Shown: piece after piece, positions 12,295 to 25,939 of the stretch
How positions within the stretch are numbered: the first letter of the stretch is position 1
Layout of the letters: each line of letters opens with the position of its first letter
Made by a program: the position numbers and the translations under genes
The notes under the pieces: generated by a model
Database searches by the model: none
Told to the model about the DNA's origin: nothing
What the model saw: the letters and a program-made list of their open reading frames with translations, nothing else
From: Podarcis melisellensis
Lineage: Eukaryota
Reading direction: 5' to 3' (one strand)
Assembly: GCA_964234715.1 (NCBI GenBank)
Contig: OZ174278.1
DNA: 64,000 nt

Positions 12295-12585
12295 CTGTTT
12301 AACTTCACCGCTAACAAGTCATAGCAAATGCTCAGCAGAGCCCAGAACTCGTCTAGCCCCCATTTAAGTTTTGTGCAAGCAAGTCAGAATGAATGCTCCA
12401 TAAACAGGCCACCTGGAGAACACTTCTCTTTCTAGAGCAGAGATGAGGAATCTGCAGAACTGCAGATTTTGGACTCCCAACTCCTATCTGCCCCTGCCAG
12501 CATGGTCAATCATCAGGGATGAGGGGAACTGTTGTCTATCAATATATGGAGGATCACAAGTTCCCCGTTCCTGTTCTCTCTACAG

Positions 12586-12906
12586 CATGGGTAGGCAAAC
12601 TAAGGCCCGGGGGCTGGATCTGGTCCAATCGCCTTCTCAATCTGGCTCATGGACGGTCCGGGAACCAGCATGTTTTTACATGAGTAGAATGTGTGCTTTT
12701 ATTTAAAATGCATCTCTAGGTTATTTGTGGGGCCTGCCTGGTGTTTTTACATGAGTAGAAGGTGTCCTTTTATTTAAAATCCATCTCTGAGTTATTTGTG
12801 GGGCATAGGAATTCATTCATTTCCCCCCAAAAAATATAGTCTGGCCCTCCACAAGGTCTGAGGGATAATGGACCAGCCCCCTGCTGAAAAAGTTTGCTGA
12901 CCCCTG
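12586..12906 (+). mobile_element. hAT (Charlie-like) MITE with internal ~63-bp tandem duplication
   Basis: TIR catgggtaggcaaact / agtttgctgacccctg; 8-bp TSD ctctacag/ctctagag. Confidence 0.8.
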
Positions 12907-12963
12907 CTCTAGAGGATCAATGTCATACAAAATGGTTGGCTCTAAAAGCAACTGCTTATATAG

Positions 12964-13336
12964 GTAAAGGTAAAGGACCCCTGGGTGGTTAACTCCAGTG
13001 AAATTTGACTATGGGGTACAGCGCTCATCTCCACTTTCAGGCCAAGGGAAGAAGCGTTTGTCCGCAGACAGCTTTCTGGGTCCTGTGGCCAGCATGACTA
13101 AACCGCTTCTGGCAGAGTAGAACACCATGACGTAAGACAGATCACACAGAAACGCCATTTACCTTCCCACCACAGCAGTACCTATTTATCTACTCGCACT
13201 GGCATGCTTTCGAAGTGCTAGGTTGGCAAAAGCTGGGACAGAGCAATGGGAGTTCACTCGGTCACAGGGATTCGAACCGCCGACCTTCTGAGCCCAAGGG
13301 ACTCGGTGGTTTAGACCACAGCGCCACCTGCATCCC
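12964..13336 (-). mobile_element. Sauria/Squam1-type SINE (more diverged subfamily)
   Basis: Reverse complement of the SINE head and tail; TSD tgcttatatag/tgtttatatag. Confidence 0.85.
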
Positions 13337-13665
13337 TGTTTATATAGTGCAAAATTTATGCCCAACTCCCGGTAATAACAACTCCACTAGGCATTAAGTT
13401 GACTCCAACAATGTCATCCCATTGGCACAAGGACTTCTACCTGTACAATTATACTTCCTCTGCCACCACATGCCTCCTGCAGATCTATTATGGGGTTTTC
13501 CCCAACCCTGCCAAAGAGATGGAGGGGATGAGATTTCATTGGATACAGCGATTGTTTTGTCATTCACGGTCACTGACATTAAAACCCTCACTCTATGTGC
13601 ACACACATACACACAAACTGTAAGGAAAAGGCACCTTTATAATTACTTTGTTTGAAAGGGCTGCC

Positions 13666-14080
13666 GAGACAGAAGAAGAAATCCCGACAAAATAAGAATG
13701 GATACAAAAACTTATGGAATGCGCAGAAATGGCAAAGCTTACCGGAAAAATAAAAAATTCAAGATAACAATTTTTTTTATTATAAAAGAATGGAAATGGT
13801 TTTATTGAATATTTACAAACAAACTGTAACCAGATAAGAACATTGGCAGGATTATTGTAATAACCTGCAGTTTTGTAACATTTAAAGTAGGTGAATAAAT
13901 GATCAAGTTCAGTTAATTTGGAATATGCAGAAAATATAAAAAATAAATTTAAGGAACCGCAGAAAGAGGGGGAAGGAAGTTGTGTTTCAAAATTTTAAAA
14001 TGATTGTAAAATTATTGAAATGTATAAAGTTGAAAATCATACAGTAAATAAGAATTTTATATAGATATAGATGATAGAAA
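13666..14080 (+). mobile_element. Short L1-like LINE 3' fragment
   Basis: EEIPTK*EWIQKLMECAEMAKLTGKI; TSD gaaagggctgcc/gaaagggccgcc. Confidence 0.8.
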
Positions 14081-14125
14081 GAAAGGGCCGCCAAGGTGTT
14101 AATAACGAATGAATATGGTATTGAA

Positions 14126-14470
14126 GGGTGGCGCTGTGGGTTAAACCACAGAGCCTAGGACTTGCTGATCAGAAGGTCGGCGGTTCGAATCCCCGCGACG
14201 GGGTAAACTCCCGTTGCTCGGTCCCTGCTCCTGCCAACCTAGCAGTTCGAAAGCACGTCAAAGTGCAAGTAGATAAATAGGTACCGCTCTGGCAGGAAGG
14301 TAAACGGCATTTCCGTGCGCTGCTCTGGTTCACTACAAGTGGCTTAGTCCTGCTGGCCACATGACCCGGAAGCTGTACGCCGGCTCCCTCGGCCAATAAA
14401 GCGAGATGAGTGCTGCAACCCCAGAGTCGGTCACAACTGGACCTAATGGTCAGGGGTCCCTTTACCTTTT
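14126..14470 (+). mobile_element. Sauria/Squam1-type SINE
   Basis: Highly similar to the 7423 copy; perfect 12-bp TSD tatggtattgaa (14114, 14471). Confidence 0.92.
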
Positions 14471-17092
14471 TATGGTATTGAAACAGAGTCAGATTTAGGG
14501 CAGTGTGACTGGTTTCTCCACGCCGGGGTACTGCAGTTAGGACACGGTGCATGCGCAAAACAGAGAGAGAGGCAGGGAGGGGGCACCAAATTTTGGGCTT
14601 GCACAGGGAGCCGCTGAAAAGCCAAAGTCCACCCTAGTTGAAACTATACCTAGGAAGCACTCCACTTATTCAAACAAGGCTAAGTGGCAACAGAACAGTC
14701 TCCTTTTCACCATATTGAAAATTAACTTTGCAGCGGGGGCCCTCAGACCTTCCCACTGCCGTGACGGGCCTTGTGGTCTCCTTGGAGCATGTGACATCTC
14801 ACATTCTCAACCCTTCTGAAAAAAAGTTAGGGGGAGCCAGGTGCCTGTGCCCTCCCCAACTCATAACAGTATGATTATGCCCATAGTACTGACGGAGAAC
14901 TGAGGCAAAGCCGTCCCTTACCTAAAACTACCTCATGAGTTCATGGAAGGGGCAAGATTTGAATTGAGGATCTGCTGATTCGTAACTCCAATCCAACCAC
15001 TTACCTGGGACTTCTGAACAGACACGCGCAGGATTGTGGTGGCAGTGTCCTTGCCACTTCGAAAGCGGCGGTGTCACAAGCAAGGAAACAGGGAGCACAA
15101 GAACATAGAGATGAGCCCAGCGGATCGGACCAAAAGCCCAGCATCCTGTTCTCAAAGAGGCCACCTAGATGCCACCTCCAAACATGGCACCCAACTAAGA
15201 CACTAGTCCACATGAAGCAAGCACAGAAGTCAGTAGGCTTACATTGCCGAGTTTCCTTTTGCCGACTCTAAGTCGCAACAAGAAGCGGAGGTGAAATTTG
15301 TCAAACCGAAGCATTTTTAAAAGTTAGAAATGTTCAGATGTGTACATTCTTATTTTATGTAAGTATATGAGCTTTGCTGTGGAGGTCCATTTTCTAGGAA
15401 CAAGATTTCTGACAGTTCTCCCCCCCCCCCTCGAAAAAAACCTACCCAGAATGCCAATATCAACATTCCAATATTTGGAATTAACCGTTTCCCCTCCAGT
15501 CTTGAACCTGAAATATTGCGATTTCCATTTGGATTTTCTCGTTCATTTTCTCCCACATTCCCAGCTTACAAAAAGACAACTGCTTTCTAACTCCATGTAT
15601 ATGTACAACACATTGATATTCTTACATCACAGTATGTAAGAACAGCGCCTGCTGTTTTTACTCCGGGGGTCCACTATTCTCCTCCTCTGTAAAAAAACGA
15701 TCTATTCGAATGAGGGAAGATGCAGTACCTGAAATCCATTCTGCCTGTTTCCTATGCCAGATGGTGAAATTCCCCTTGTGTCAATTTCCATACTTCATGG
15801 GCACACAAAATCAGGCCCACAGACCGTAGTGTCAAATCTCATTTTTCGCACGACAGCCATGGGCTTGACAGGCTCATCCCGATGTCACCAAGTTCCACGC
15901 ACGGTCATTCCATTCTACAAACAATTGTTTAACAGCCAAGAGTCTCCGTGTTGCTAAGGATATTGATGCATTCCAGGAACATGGAGAATTTCAGCCTGAG
16001 ATCCTCAGTTCAGGTCCATTCGCGGTATGTAGCATTTTATGGCTCAAATCCTCAGAGGCCGTTGTCACACTACAGGATTTTAATGGCTTCACATTTGACT
16101 GCTGTAGTCACATGACGGAATTCATTTCTATTTTTGCTGTGTTCAGGAGGAGGATAAAACTATTTATAATATTTATTATACAGTATTGATGACCATAATT
16201 GATACTCCCATGAACACGGAAGCAGTTAGCTCCTTGGAGGCACTTGGAATACTATAAATAGCCAAAACTATAAAACTAAGAAGGCCAAAAACTTCTATCC
16301 TCAAAACAGTCCCTTCCTTTCCTTTTAAATTAGCAGCCACAAATTGCATATGCCATACAGTCTTGGGCCCTCATACCCAAGATTTATGGAATTTATGGAC
16401 AAGATAGCATTCTCAGCATGCTTTACATGTGACAGGCCACATATATCTCATAAAACATGAACAGGAATGCAGCTAAGGTTGTACAACACTGCATCCAGCA
16501 TGAAAATGTTCTATCATAAAGCATGGAGAGTTACAAGTGCTGCTGTTCCTTCATCCCCGAGTCCAGCTAAATCATGAAGTGAATTCTTCATTTTGTAATT
16601 ACATGACTAATACAGTTTGTTATTCCATATTAGTATATTCAAACCCACTTAATGGCGGCGAGATACACTTTAATACACTCCCCACAGCCTGCTATATTCA
16701 GTGTTAGGGTAGGCAAAAATGGGCAAAATAGCTGTTTCCCCAGTGAATATTTATGAATAGAGTTTCCAATCCACTTTAGCGACTGAGTGCTGAGTTTGTG
16801 GTATAATAAGAGCTTTGCAAACTTTTCCTGAAAGTGATTCCTGCAGGGTTTGGCTTTACTTACTGCCAAGAAACTGGGATGAACAAGAGGAGAAAAGCAG
16901 AACAAGGCAACAGGACACATTCCAAAAGCGCAGCATAGTCATATGCCAGACGCAGGAGAGTCTTGCAGAACACGGAAAGGCAAGCACATTGTGGCAGAAC
17001 GTGCTCATTCCAGGCGCACAAACACATTTATATAGAGGGCGGAAATTCCAAACCCTCCAACATTTCTCCAATGAAAATAGGGACATCTTATT

Positions 17093-17120
17093 CAATAATA
17101 ATAATAATAATAATAATAAT
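17093..17120. repeat. (AAT)n microsatellite
   Basis: Direct reading. Confidence 0.9.
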
Positions 17121-17459
17121 TTTATTATTTATTCCCCGCCCCCCCAAGACTGGGGTGGAATCTACACACATATAAAAAAACGCTGTGAAAATGTTTTGAA
17201 AAACACATTGAATTTTGCTGAGCTTACTGTTGCCATCTAGCATCACATTTGTATATTGCACTTTAAAACACATTTAAAACGTTTTATTTGCAGCTGTAAG
17301 TTGCTACAGCCACTCTGGGCAGCTTTCAACATATAAAAAGCATAATAAAAATAAAACACTAAAAAACTTCTCTCTACAGGGCTGCCTTCAGATGTCTTCT
17401 GAAGGCTGTATAATTATTTATCTCCTCGGCTCGGGATTGCAAATATTGTAACTCCATAC

Positions 17460-18200
17460 CCTCCGACGGGCCACGCCCCCTCGCTTTTGAAGGCGATCCC
17501 GGCCCTTCAAACCAGCCGGGGATGCGCGCGCAGCCTCCTCCGGCTAGTGACGCCCCGCCTCGCCGTGCGCCTGCGCGCTAGCTCGCTCTCCCGCCTCCTG
17601 CTTTCCCCGCGCGTTGCGCCCCCTCGCGAGGTTTCCGCAAGCCTCGCGACGCTTCCCCGCCGCCATCTTAGTTGTTCCTTGCGTGAAAAGAAGACGAGGA
17701 AAGGAAGGGAAGGGGGCGGGAAAAGGGGGGGGTGGAAATAAGAAAGAAAGGAGAGAGGCTTTAGCTGGGGCCGCGTCTGCATAAGCATTCCGGGGTCAGA
17801 GTCAGGGCCGGGGAGGCTGCCTAGCCGCCTGCCGTTACCCCTTTCCTTGGCTCGGGCCTCTCTCTCGGCGTCCCCTCAGGCCCGGGGCCCTCGCCGCCAA
17901 GCCCTCGTCACCGCTGCCTGAGGAGGCGGGGCTCGGGCCGGCTCTGGATGGTGGCGAGAATGATCATAGAAAACTTCGAGGCGCTGAAATCGTGGCTCAG
18001 CAAGACCTTGGCGCCCATGTGAGTAGTAGGGAGCGTGGGGAACGTCTGAACGCCCGCGCACACGTGTATCCAGGGCGCCTTCATTCTGCATATGCGTGTG
18101 CGGAGGTGCATAAATGCGCACCCGCCCGCGTGGATCCTCTGCAAGCGGGGCTTACAAAAATGGACCCATAGTGTCGTGGGGGTGGGGTGTCTGGTGTGCA
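17460..18200 (+). promoter_or_regulatory. CpG-island, TATA-less promoter/5' UTR of RBM26
   Basis: Abrupt rise in GC and CpG. Sp/KLF box GGCCACGCCCCC (~17469), NRF1-like TGCGCCTGCGCG (17566), CGCG-element-like palindrome CCTCGCGAGG (17622), YY1-type CCGCCATCTT (17660). Confidence 0.88.
17948..18018 (+). CDS. RBM26: RBM26 coding exon 1 (MVARMIIENFEALKSWLSKTLAP, start of PWI domain)
   Basis: ATG at 17948 in the CpG island; donor GTGAGT at 18019; 71 nt. Confidence 0.95.
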
Positions 18201-21200
18201 GAAACCTGACTTCTTCCTCCCTTGCATCTAGTTCAGTGGTTCCCAATCGCTGCAAGGTTTGGCTGGGGGTGTTGAAAAGCGGGGTCGCCTAGCCCTAACA
18301 CACCCCTGTCCCGTCCCCCCCTAACCATGAACACCCTATGCCATTCAGTGTTCAGTGTCTGAACAGCTTCGAGACATGAAGCTCTGTTACTGTATCTCAG
18401 AAGCAACTGGAATGCCAGTGTTAGAAACCGAGATGGAAAAGCTAGGAGCCCTGTGGCACCTTAAACCTAGGTTATGGGCTCCACAGTGTGCTTTGTTATT
18501 GTCTTAGCAAGACTACAAAGCTGTAAATGAATGAACAGCAGCTAAAATGTTACGTTGATTTTGCACATGGTCTGGTCCTCCACTAACCCAGAAACAGTGC
18601 CTTGGGTTAAGAACTTTGCTTCAGAATGAGAACAGAAATCACGTGGCGGCAGCAGGAGGCCCCATTAGCTAAAGTGGTGCTTCAGGTTAAGAACAGTTTC
18701 AGGTTAAGAACGGACCTCTGGAACGAATTAAGTACCTAACCCGAGGTACCACTGTATTCTTAAGAGGGCCTCTTCTCCAGTCTTCGGACAGCAGTGGGGA
18801 GGCAGAAAAAGGTCCTCCTTTCCTTCCCCTCTGCAGTTTTAAGCAGAAATCACAGGTGCTGTACTGTGCCCAGAGCTCAGAAACAGCTCACGCTAATGAT
18901 TTCCCTGTCACAGAACACGCCTCGAATAATGGGAGTTTCGAACGCTGGGTGTAGGTAGGCAGTTTAAAAGTAGCACACGTGTTCTCTTCAAAGCTATTGC
19001 AGTGCACTACCCAAACAGAAAGTGACAGCCTTAAAGGCTGTCTGTGGTTAGCAAGAAAACCATCATCACCTTATGATTATTGACTCATAAAAAGTTTCGA
19101 ACACTGTTCCCAATTAGGGGTCCAGGTATCCCTGGGGGTCCACAGAACCTATCCCGGGGATCTGCAACTTCACCCCTTGCTTCTCCCTTAAATAAATTTT
19201 TACATGGTAATATCACAAATTTTATCATCTTTTTTTTAGCGTACCTAAAATTGTTTGCTTATTAGGGGCTGCTCCACATTTTGTTCATAAAATTGCCTTG
19301 CAGAGGTAGCTACCATAGAGTTATAAAAATTTCCCATGGCTTGGATTTTGAAAAATAGGGAGTCTTCAGTAATTAGCTAATTGGGAACCACTGATCTTGT
19401 TCACTCTGTGAAGGTGTGTTTGTTTTTGTATGGAGGTGCTTTCAACTCACGACAGCCCCTATACCTGCAGCCTGTAGTGGTACTACTCGAAACAAAAGTT
19501 GGAAATTAGCCCACATAGGTATTGTTGCCTCGACATTTGTGGAAGGGACTTCTGCGCAAGAGGATGGGTGACTTGACCTTCCCTTGCTGTATTTGTTGTG
19601 AAAGTTTGCTGTGCTTAACTGATCTGCACCTATGGCTTAGGTATGCATATGCCTTGATCTGGTACACCTGACTCTTCCATATGTATGTTTCAGACTTTAT
19701 AGTGTGTAAATAACTGATGCTGTATAGAATTATACCGCCATCATATTGGATGATGTATAGTTTCCTTATGAGAAAGCACACTTAATTAACAAATGCTTTG
19801 TGCACTTCTGTCATAAAGTCGTGTGAGCAAGGAATTAAAGGGTAAAAGTAAAAGTTCAGTTGCAAGAAATTTTCGAAATGTCAACTGTCGTTCTTGCCTG
19901 TTTGAGACTCTTGCCTAACAATGTATTAAATTGAATTGTTGGTTCATTCTTTGGTGCTTTGAATTGAATTGTTGACACCAAAGTTTGAGAGTGCAGTGTG
20001 TTTTTAATAGATGTTTCTTCTTGCCAGCTATTTCCGGGCTACCACCAATTCAAAGGGTTTGCACTGTGCAGCTGATATGTAGAAAAACATGCAGGAATTG
20101 TGATTTGTGGCAAAGCAAGGTGTTGGTACAGTGGAAATACTCCTGGGATGAAGAATCAGAAATTCTTTTAACATAACAAAACATCATTTTAATATAACTT
20201 ACTGCATAAAAGCAGAATGGACAAAACACGATAAGAAAATTTCATGACTGTGCTACTCCTTTGCATTGTCTCAGAAGTTGAACACTGTAAGTTGATTTCT
20301 GGATGTGTAACTACATTTTGGGATTATAGAATTGTAGAGTTGGAAGGTACCCCAAGAGTCATATATTCCAGTCCTCTGCAATGCAGGACTCTCTTGCCCA
20401 ATATGGGGCTTAAACCCACAACCCTGAGATTAACAATCTTATGCTGTGTGCAGATTAAGCCTCTATAACCAGCGTGATAAGAAATGGTATGAAGAGTTAT
20501 CATTGGTTCTCAGTTTGTCCAGTTTTTGGTCATGCCAGGGATTCTTGTTTCAAATGCAGAAGTAGGGACCTTGTACAGAAATCATTACATTCTTTGCAAG
20601 AGCTGATTTGTTTGGCTGAGGATAGTGAACCCTAGATGGAAATGCAATATGAGCTTTTTAAACACACAAGTCCTGGAAGAAGCAGATGACCAGTTAGATT
20701 CTAAAAGTGTGATTTTGGGTGCCAAATAAATACAGTGGTACCTCTGGTTACTTACTGAATTCGTTCCGGAGGTCCGTTCTTAACCTGAAAGTGTTCTTAA
20801 CCTGAAGCACCACTTTAGCTAATGGGGCCTCCCGCTGCTGCCGTGCCACCGCCATGCGATTTCTGTTCTCATCCTGAAGCAAAGTTCTTAACCCGAGGTA
20901 CTATTTCTGGGTTAGCGGGGTCCGTAACCTGAAGCGTATGTAACTTGAAGCATATGTAACCCGAGGTACCACTGTACTGAAAATGCAAGACGATTCTTTA
21001 ACTGTTGTGCCCAGTGAAGTGTGCTGTGTGTGGAAACAAGGGGAAATCTTGAAATCCTTGGTCAGATATGTATATTTTTGTGCAGTTTTGCAGTTAGGTT
21101 TTAGGAGTGGTTGGTCATCTGCTACATCTTGTTTGGAAAAGCGGCACCGCATTGTGGTTGCTCTCTGCCTTAAGAACAGAAGAGATAGGACACATGTAGC

Positions 21201-24200
21201 CACTTCATAAAATGGGAAGGGCTGCAGCTCAGAAGTAGACCATTTTCTTTGCATGGAGGTTCAATCCCCGGCAACTCCAGGTAGGGCTAAGAGAAATTCC
21301 TGCTAGAAACCCTGGAGAGCCATTGTCAGTCTAGACCAGGGCTTCACAAACTGTGGTCCACAAACATCATTCTGGTGTTCCAGTGTGCCTGTGAATTCTG
21401 TGGAATTCTATGGACTTCAACTTGTAATCAGTGTTGGATAAGAAATAAAAGAAGCAGTTAAAATGCAAATAGAAGTCACACATCATTTCGCATGTGCATT
21501 ACAATAGCTAAAATAGGCGCGTGGGGGGGGAATCATTAAGTGGCCCTTCAAGAGTCTAATTTTCAAGTGGTTCATAGAGGGGAAAGTGTTAGGGAATTAC
21601 AGGTCTAGATAATACTGAGCTGCTTTGACTAAGTGTATGGTCGTTTCCTATACTGCATAGTACTTTTCTGTTAATTGTGGAATTGGGAAATGCAGCACTG
21701 CTGCTGATGTAGTCCTAGTGCTCTGTTGTCTAGCCTTCTTAACAAGCAAAAGGTCTTATCTAGGTAGAGTTGAGGGAATCAATACAACCATTGTAGCATT
21801 TCACTATTTACCTACTTGGGGCAGAGTAGCATAGTGCAGCAATAGCTGCTTGGGCAGGTTCACCTTGAACTTTCGGGTGATCTTCGGAAACGATTATTAC
21901 CAGCCCTAAGTGAGTAGCAAATTGCATAGCTACATTTGCAAGTAATAGTAGCATACCATGGAGAAAGATTCTAGTTCAGCTTGTTCTTGTTGCACTGGAT
22001 GGGCACACTTTTTTTTCCACACCAGAGAGCTTTAAAAAATGTGATTCATTCCATCGTCTGAAGTGAGATAGTGTGTTCTGCCATTCCCATCTTATGCATG
22101 TCTGGACCAGGCTATTCTTTGCAGATAAATATGTGGCTAAGGAAAACATTGACTTGGAATCCTTTTTTTAAAAAAATATCACTTTTTGATACCAAACATG
22201 GAGACTTCTTTGCAATCAATCTCTCTAAGAAACATGCATAAACTTTTCTTTCATATGGCTACCGATACCACTTCAAATATGGTAGATTTTCTTAATGGAG
22301 AATCTATCTGATAAAAGATGAGTGTCCTCATAAGACAGCAGTCTTGTGAACACAATAAGTAAATATGGAATGGTTATTGTGAAAATAGGTTTTGATGATT
22401 ATTCTAAACAGTTTTTCTCCCTGTTTTCCTTATTAATATACTTGTCTCCTAGTTTAAAAGCATCGCTGGAGGTGCTGTCCGTGTAGACTGGGCAAACACT
22501 TTCAGTGATTGTTGTTGCCGTGTTGATTCACTGCAGTGCTCCCTGGAGTTTACAATCATATTTATTTCTCATTTGAACTACTTGTTTGATTTGGCTTTTT
22601 CAGGATATTCAACCTATTGCCCTTTAGTTTTTTTGGAATGATACTTTTTGCACAAGCTTACTATTTTCTAACTCAGGTTATTTTGGGAAATTATGGTTAA
22701 ACATTGCATTGTACAGAGACATTGTAGAAGCATAGGCTCATTAAAATGGAAAGTGTTCCTTCTGCTTGTTAAATGCCCTGGGATTTTGTTACTGTAATTC
22801 ATTATGACGGGAATACAATCAAGGAGATGGTTTAAATGTAGTTCGTGGTTTTATTAGTACTTTGGTTTCCCATCTTTTATATTACCATAAATAAGCTGTG
22901 TGTAGGAGAAATCTTTGGGCAGGAAGAGTAAGGGGCAGCATTGAGAGGCCTGCAAGTCCCCCAAAGAAGGCAAAGCCTCAACATGATGCAGACATTTATT
23001 GGGACAGTAAACTGAAATGCATTGTATACATTTCTGAGGCAAAGAAATTTCTATTCCATTTACGTTGCCTGAATAAATGATAAAATGGCTTGATTGAATC
23101 GTCACAATGTAGAATAGAAATCTTTTTCATGAAGAAGGAGATCACTTATTTACTTGAATCTAATATGCCATTGAATCTAATGCACACCTCAGTTTTCAGA
23201 ACCTTGAAACCGAAAAAGTATTTGCTGGCAAATGTAAATGTGCCATAGAATCTAATGCACACCTTAATTTTCGCAACATCATTTGACAAAAAAATGTGAG
23301 CATTAGATTCAAGTAAATACAGCATGATGGACATACTTTATTTTGTAATGAATTTCTGCACTTGCCTTTTTCGGGACTTAAAGTCCTCTCTTTTTTAACT
23401 TCCTGAGAGGATTTGTTTTCTTCTTATATTCTAAAAGTTTTTTGTCTCCTGTTTTATTAGATTTTCTCACATTTTTCATGTCATTTGGATTCTTTATACA
23501 TAGTTCATAGTTTAATATATGATCAAGTTGCATGGATGACCCATTCATTTTGGTCCCAGGGAACAGCACTAAAAACTGTTGTGTTTGGAAAATATGATGT
23601 TGCAGGTAAGCTACTAGTAGTTGGATTTGTTCTTTGCTATTTGCACCACTTTTATATAATGTTATCCAAAAGAATACAAAGATAAAGTGTGTACAACTGA
23701 ATGTTGCTGAGTGGGCAGAGTTTGTAGCTCAGAACTGGGGTATACATTTATAACTTTCATTAGGCTTCTGAAACTTGATTTCTGGAAATATTTGCTCAGA
23801 TGGCTAAACATATTATGATGCTATGCCATATTGGCAACAAGATTCTTGTCAACAAGTCAATTAAAAATGGTGAATGTTGTATGTAAATAGTTCAAATGAG
23901 TTTGTGAGCTATATAAAAACTGGAAGAATGTCTGTAATTGACAAGAGAGCTAAACTTCCATTTTTTAAATGACTTCTTTTTTAAAGGTTTTTAATCTTGT
24001 ACCATGTAATTGTTTAAACTCTTCAGCCTCGGAAGGTTTGCTGAGTAACCGCAAAATACAGTGATTTTTAACAGGTGTGTGTTGCAGTCTAGCATGGTTT
24101 TGAAACACTTGAAGCAGATGTAAGCTTCTGAACTTGATGCATCCAGGGGAATCATGACACAGGAAGCTTCATATGGTAAAGGTTTTAAAGGGTACATACA

Positions 24201-25897
24201 CAACAAGGGACATCATCATGGCAACCAGCCCCTACAAGGTCTTTTGTTATCATTCCAGCACCATTGTTGGCTCACCTTCCTCTTCACTCAACATGATTTT
24301 CATGCTTGAGTCAGACTGTTGAATTTCTGAGAAGCTCCCTTTTTTATTTAAGATTTCCTATGCACCCTTTATTGTAAGGTCCCAGGATGGATTACAACAA
24401 TAAAATGCAAAATTATGAAAACAGATAAAGCAATTGCAATGATAATGTATGTAAACGGTTCCAAACAGAAGACAACAATGTAAATTCAACAGAGGAGGAG
24501 GTGGTTTCCAGATGAAACAGTAGAACAGACTCTCATGAGAGTTGGTGGAGTCTGCTTCCTTGGAGGTTTTTATGCAGAGGTTGGTTGGCCATCTGTCATG
24601 TATGATTTAGTTGAGAGTCCAGCATTGCTGGGGTTGGACTAAATGACCCTTGGGGTCCCTTCCAGCTCTACAATTCTATGATTCTATGAAACATTAATTC
24701 AGTGGCCATATACTGTGCAGAATATATATTAGATGTATGAACACCTGAAATGCTTAGAAATTTTAATGTAATACTGGTAGGGGACCTTTCACCGATAACT
24801 TTGAAATTTTAAGACAGAGGTTTTCAACCTTTTTGAGTCCCCAGCTCCGTTGACCAACTCCATTTTTCTGCTGCACCCCTGTGGGGCTCAGGAGCCCAGT
24901 TATGTCACCCCTTTCTCACAGAACTGGCAGCCTCTTACCCTTTTTTGAACACCCTCCATTGTGGAGTGTTTCCTCAACCTCCTCTTACCTGTCCTTGGGA
25001 GTCCTCCAGGCGGTCACTACTGCCACCCTTGGTCTCTCAGCTCCCCCCAGCCCCAAAGAGAGGTGCCTCCTCACACTGCCTCACAGTGGCCTGGGAAGAG
25101 GATGCCCCCAGCCTTGGTGGCCCAACGGAGACTGGCCAGAGGTGAACATGAGGCCAGCACCTTACTCACTTTGGGAGGCAGCAATTGCAGCAGCAGGTGC
25201 TGCTGGGTCTGTGTGGTGGAAAGGCTCCCTTTCAGAACCAGACAGTCAACTCCTCGGCAGGCCTTGCACACAGCAAGCACAAGAAAGGCAGAACCATGCC
25301 TGCCTGCCAGGCCTCCCACTTGTCTGTCCATTCCCAACAGCAAGGACCTGGCGGACTGGCTGGCTGAGCTCCCTCGCCCGCTTGCTTGCTTGCTCCAAGG
25401 CTTCCTCAGATCCTGGCAACCAGCACCCCCTGACCAGTCCCTGAGACACCATTCGCCTGGGGAGCTGTGAAAGCCCTTGGGAGGCAGACACATGAGAGGG
25501 CATCAGAGGAGGGAGGGGGGACGAGGGACTGAGGTCAGTGTTGCCTGTGGCACATCTGACCTTCTTTCAAGGCACCCCAGGGTGCCATGACACACTGGTT
25601 GAAAACCACTGCTTTAAGGTATCCTATACCATATTTCACAAACTTAAGTTACTTGTTACTCAATCACTGTATTGTTATTATTTTTAAGTGCTTCAAAATG
25701 GTGGGTTGTAGCCAGCAAAGGTCTATTGGTAGACCCACTGAAATTTAATGTACCTATTAATTTCAGTGGTTCTATTCTCAGTACAACAACAACAACAAAT
25801 TATATTATTTGTATGCTGCCCATCTGATTGGGTTGTCCCACCACTCTGGGTGGCAAGATACACCCTGTATCTTGTTTTTAAGAATGGGAAGTACTTA

Positions 25898-25939
<42 letters not shown>

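Noticed and set aside
1-17400. Exons of a neighbouring gene (e.g. the syntenic neighbour NDFIP2)
   Set aside because: No translated segment resembling a known cellular protein was recognised; long ORFs map to TEs or look random
17487-18292. ORFs on both strands across the promoter (possible uORF or antisense gene)
   Set aside because: Expected stop-codon depletion in a CpG island; I saw no ATG between the YY1 site and the RBM26 start
24881-25503. Cluster of overlapping long ORFs (up to 187 aa) on both strands
   Set aside because: GC-rich interior of a TIR-bounded non-autonomous element; no recognisable domain or splice structure
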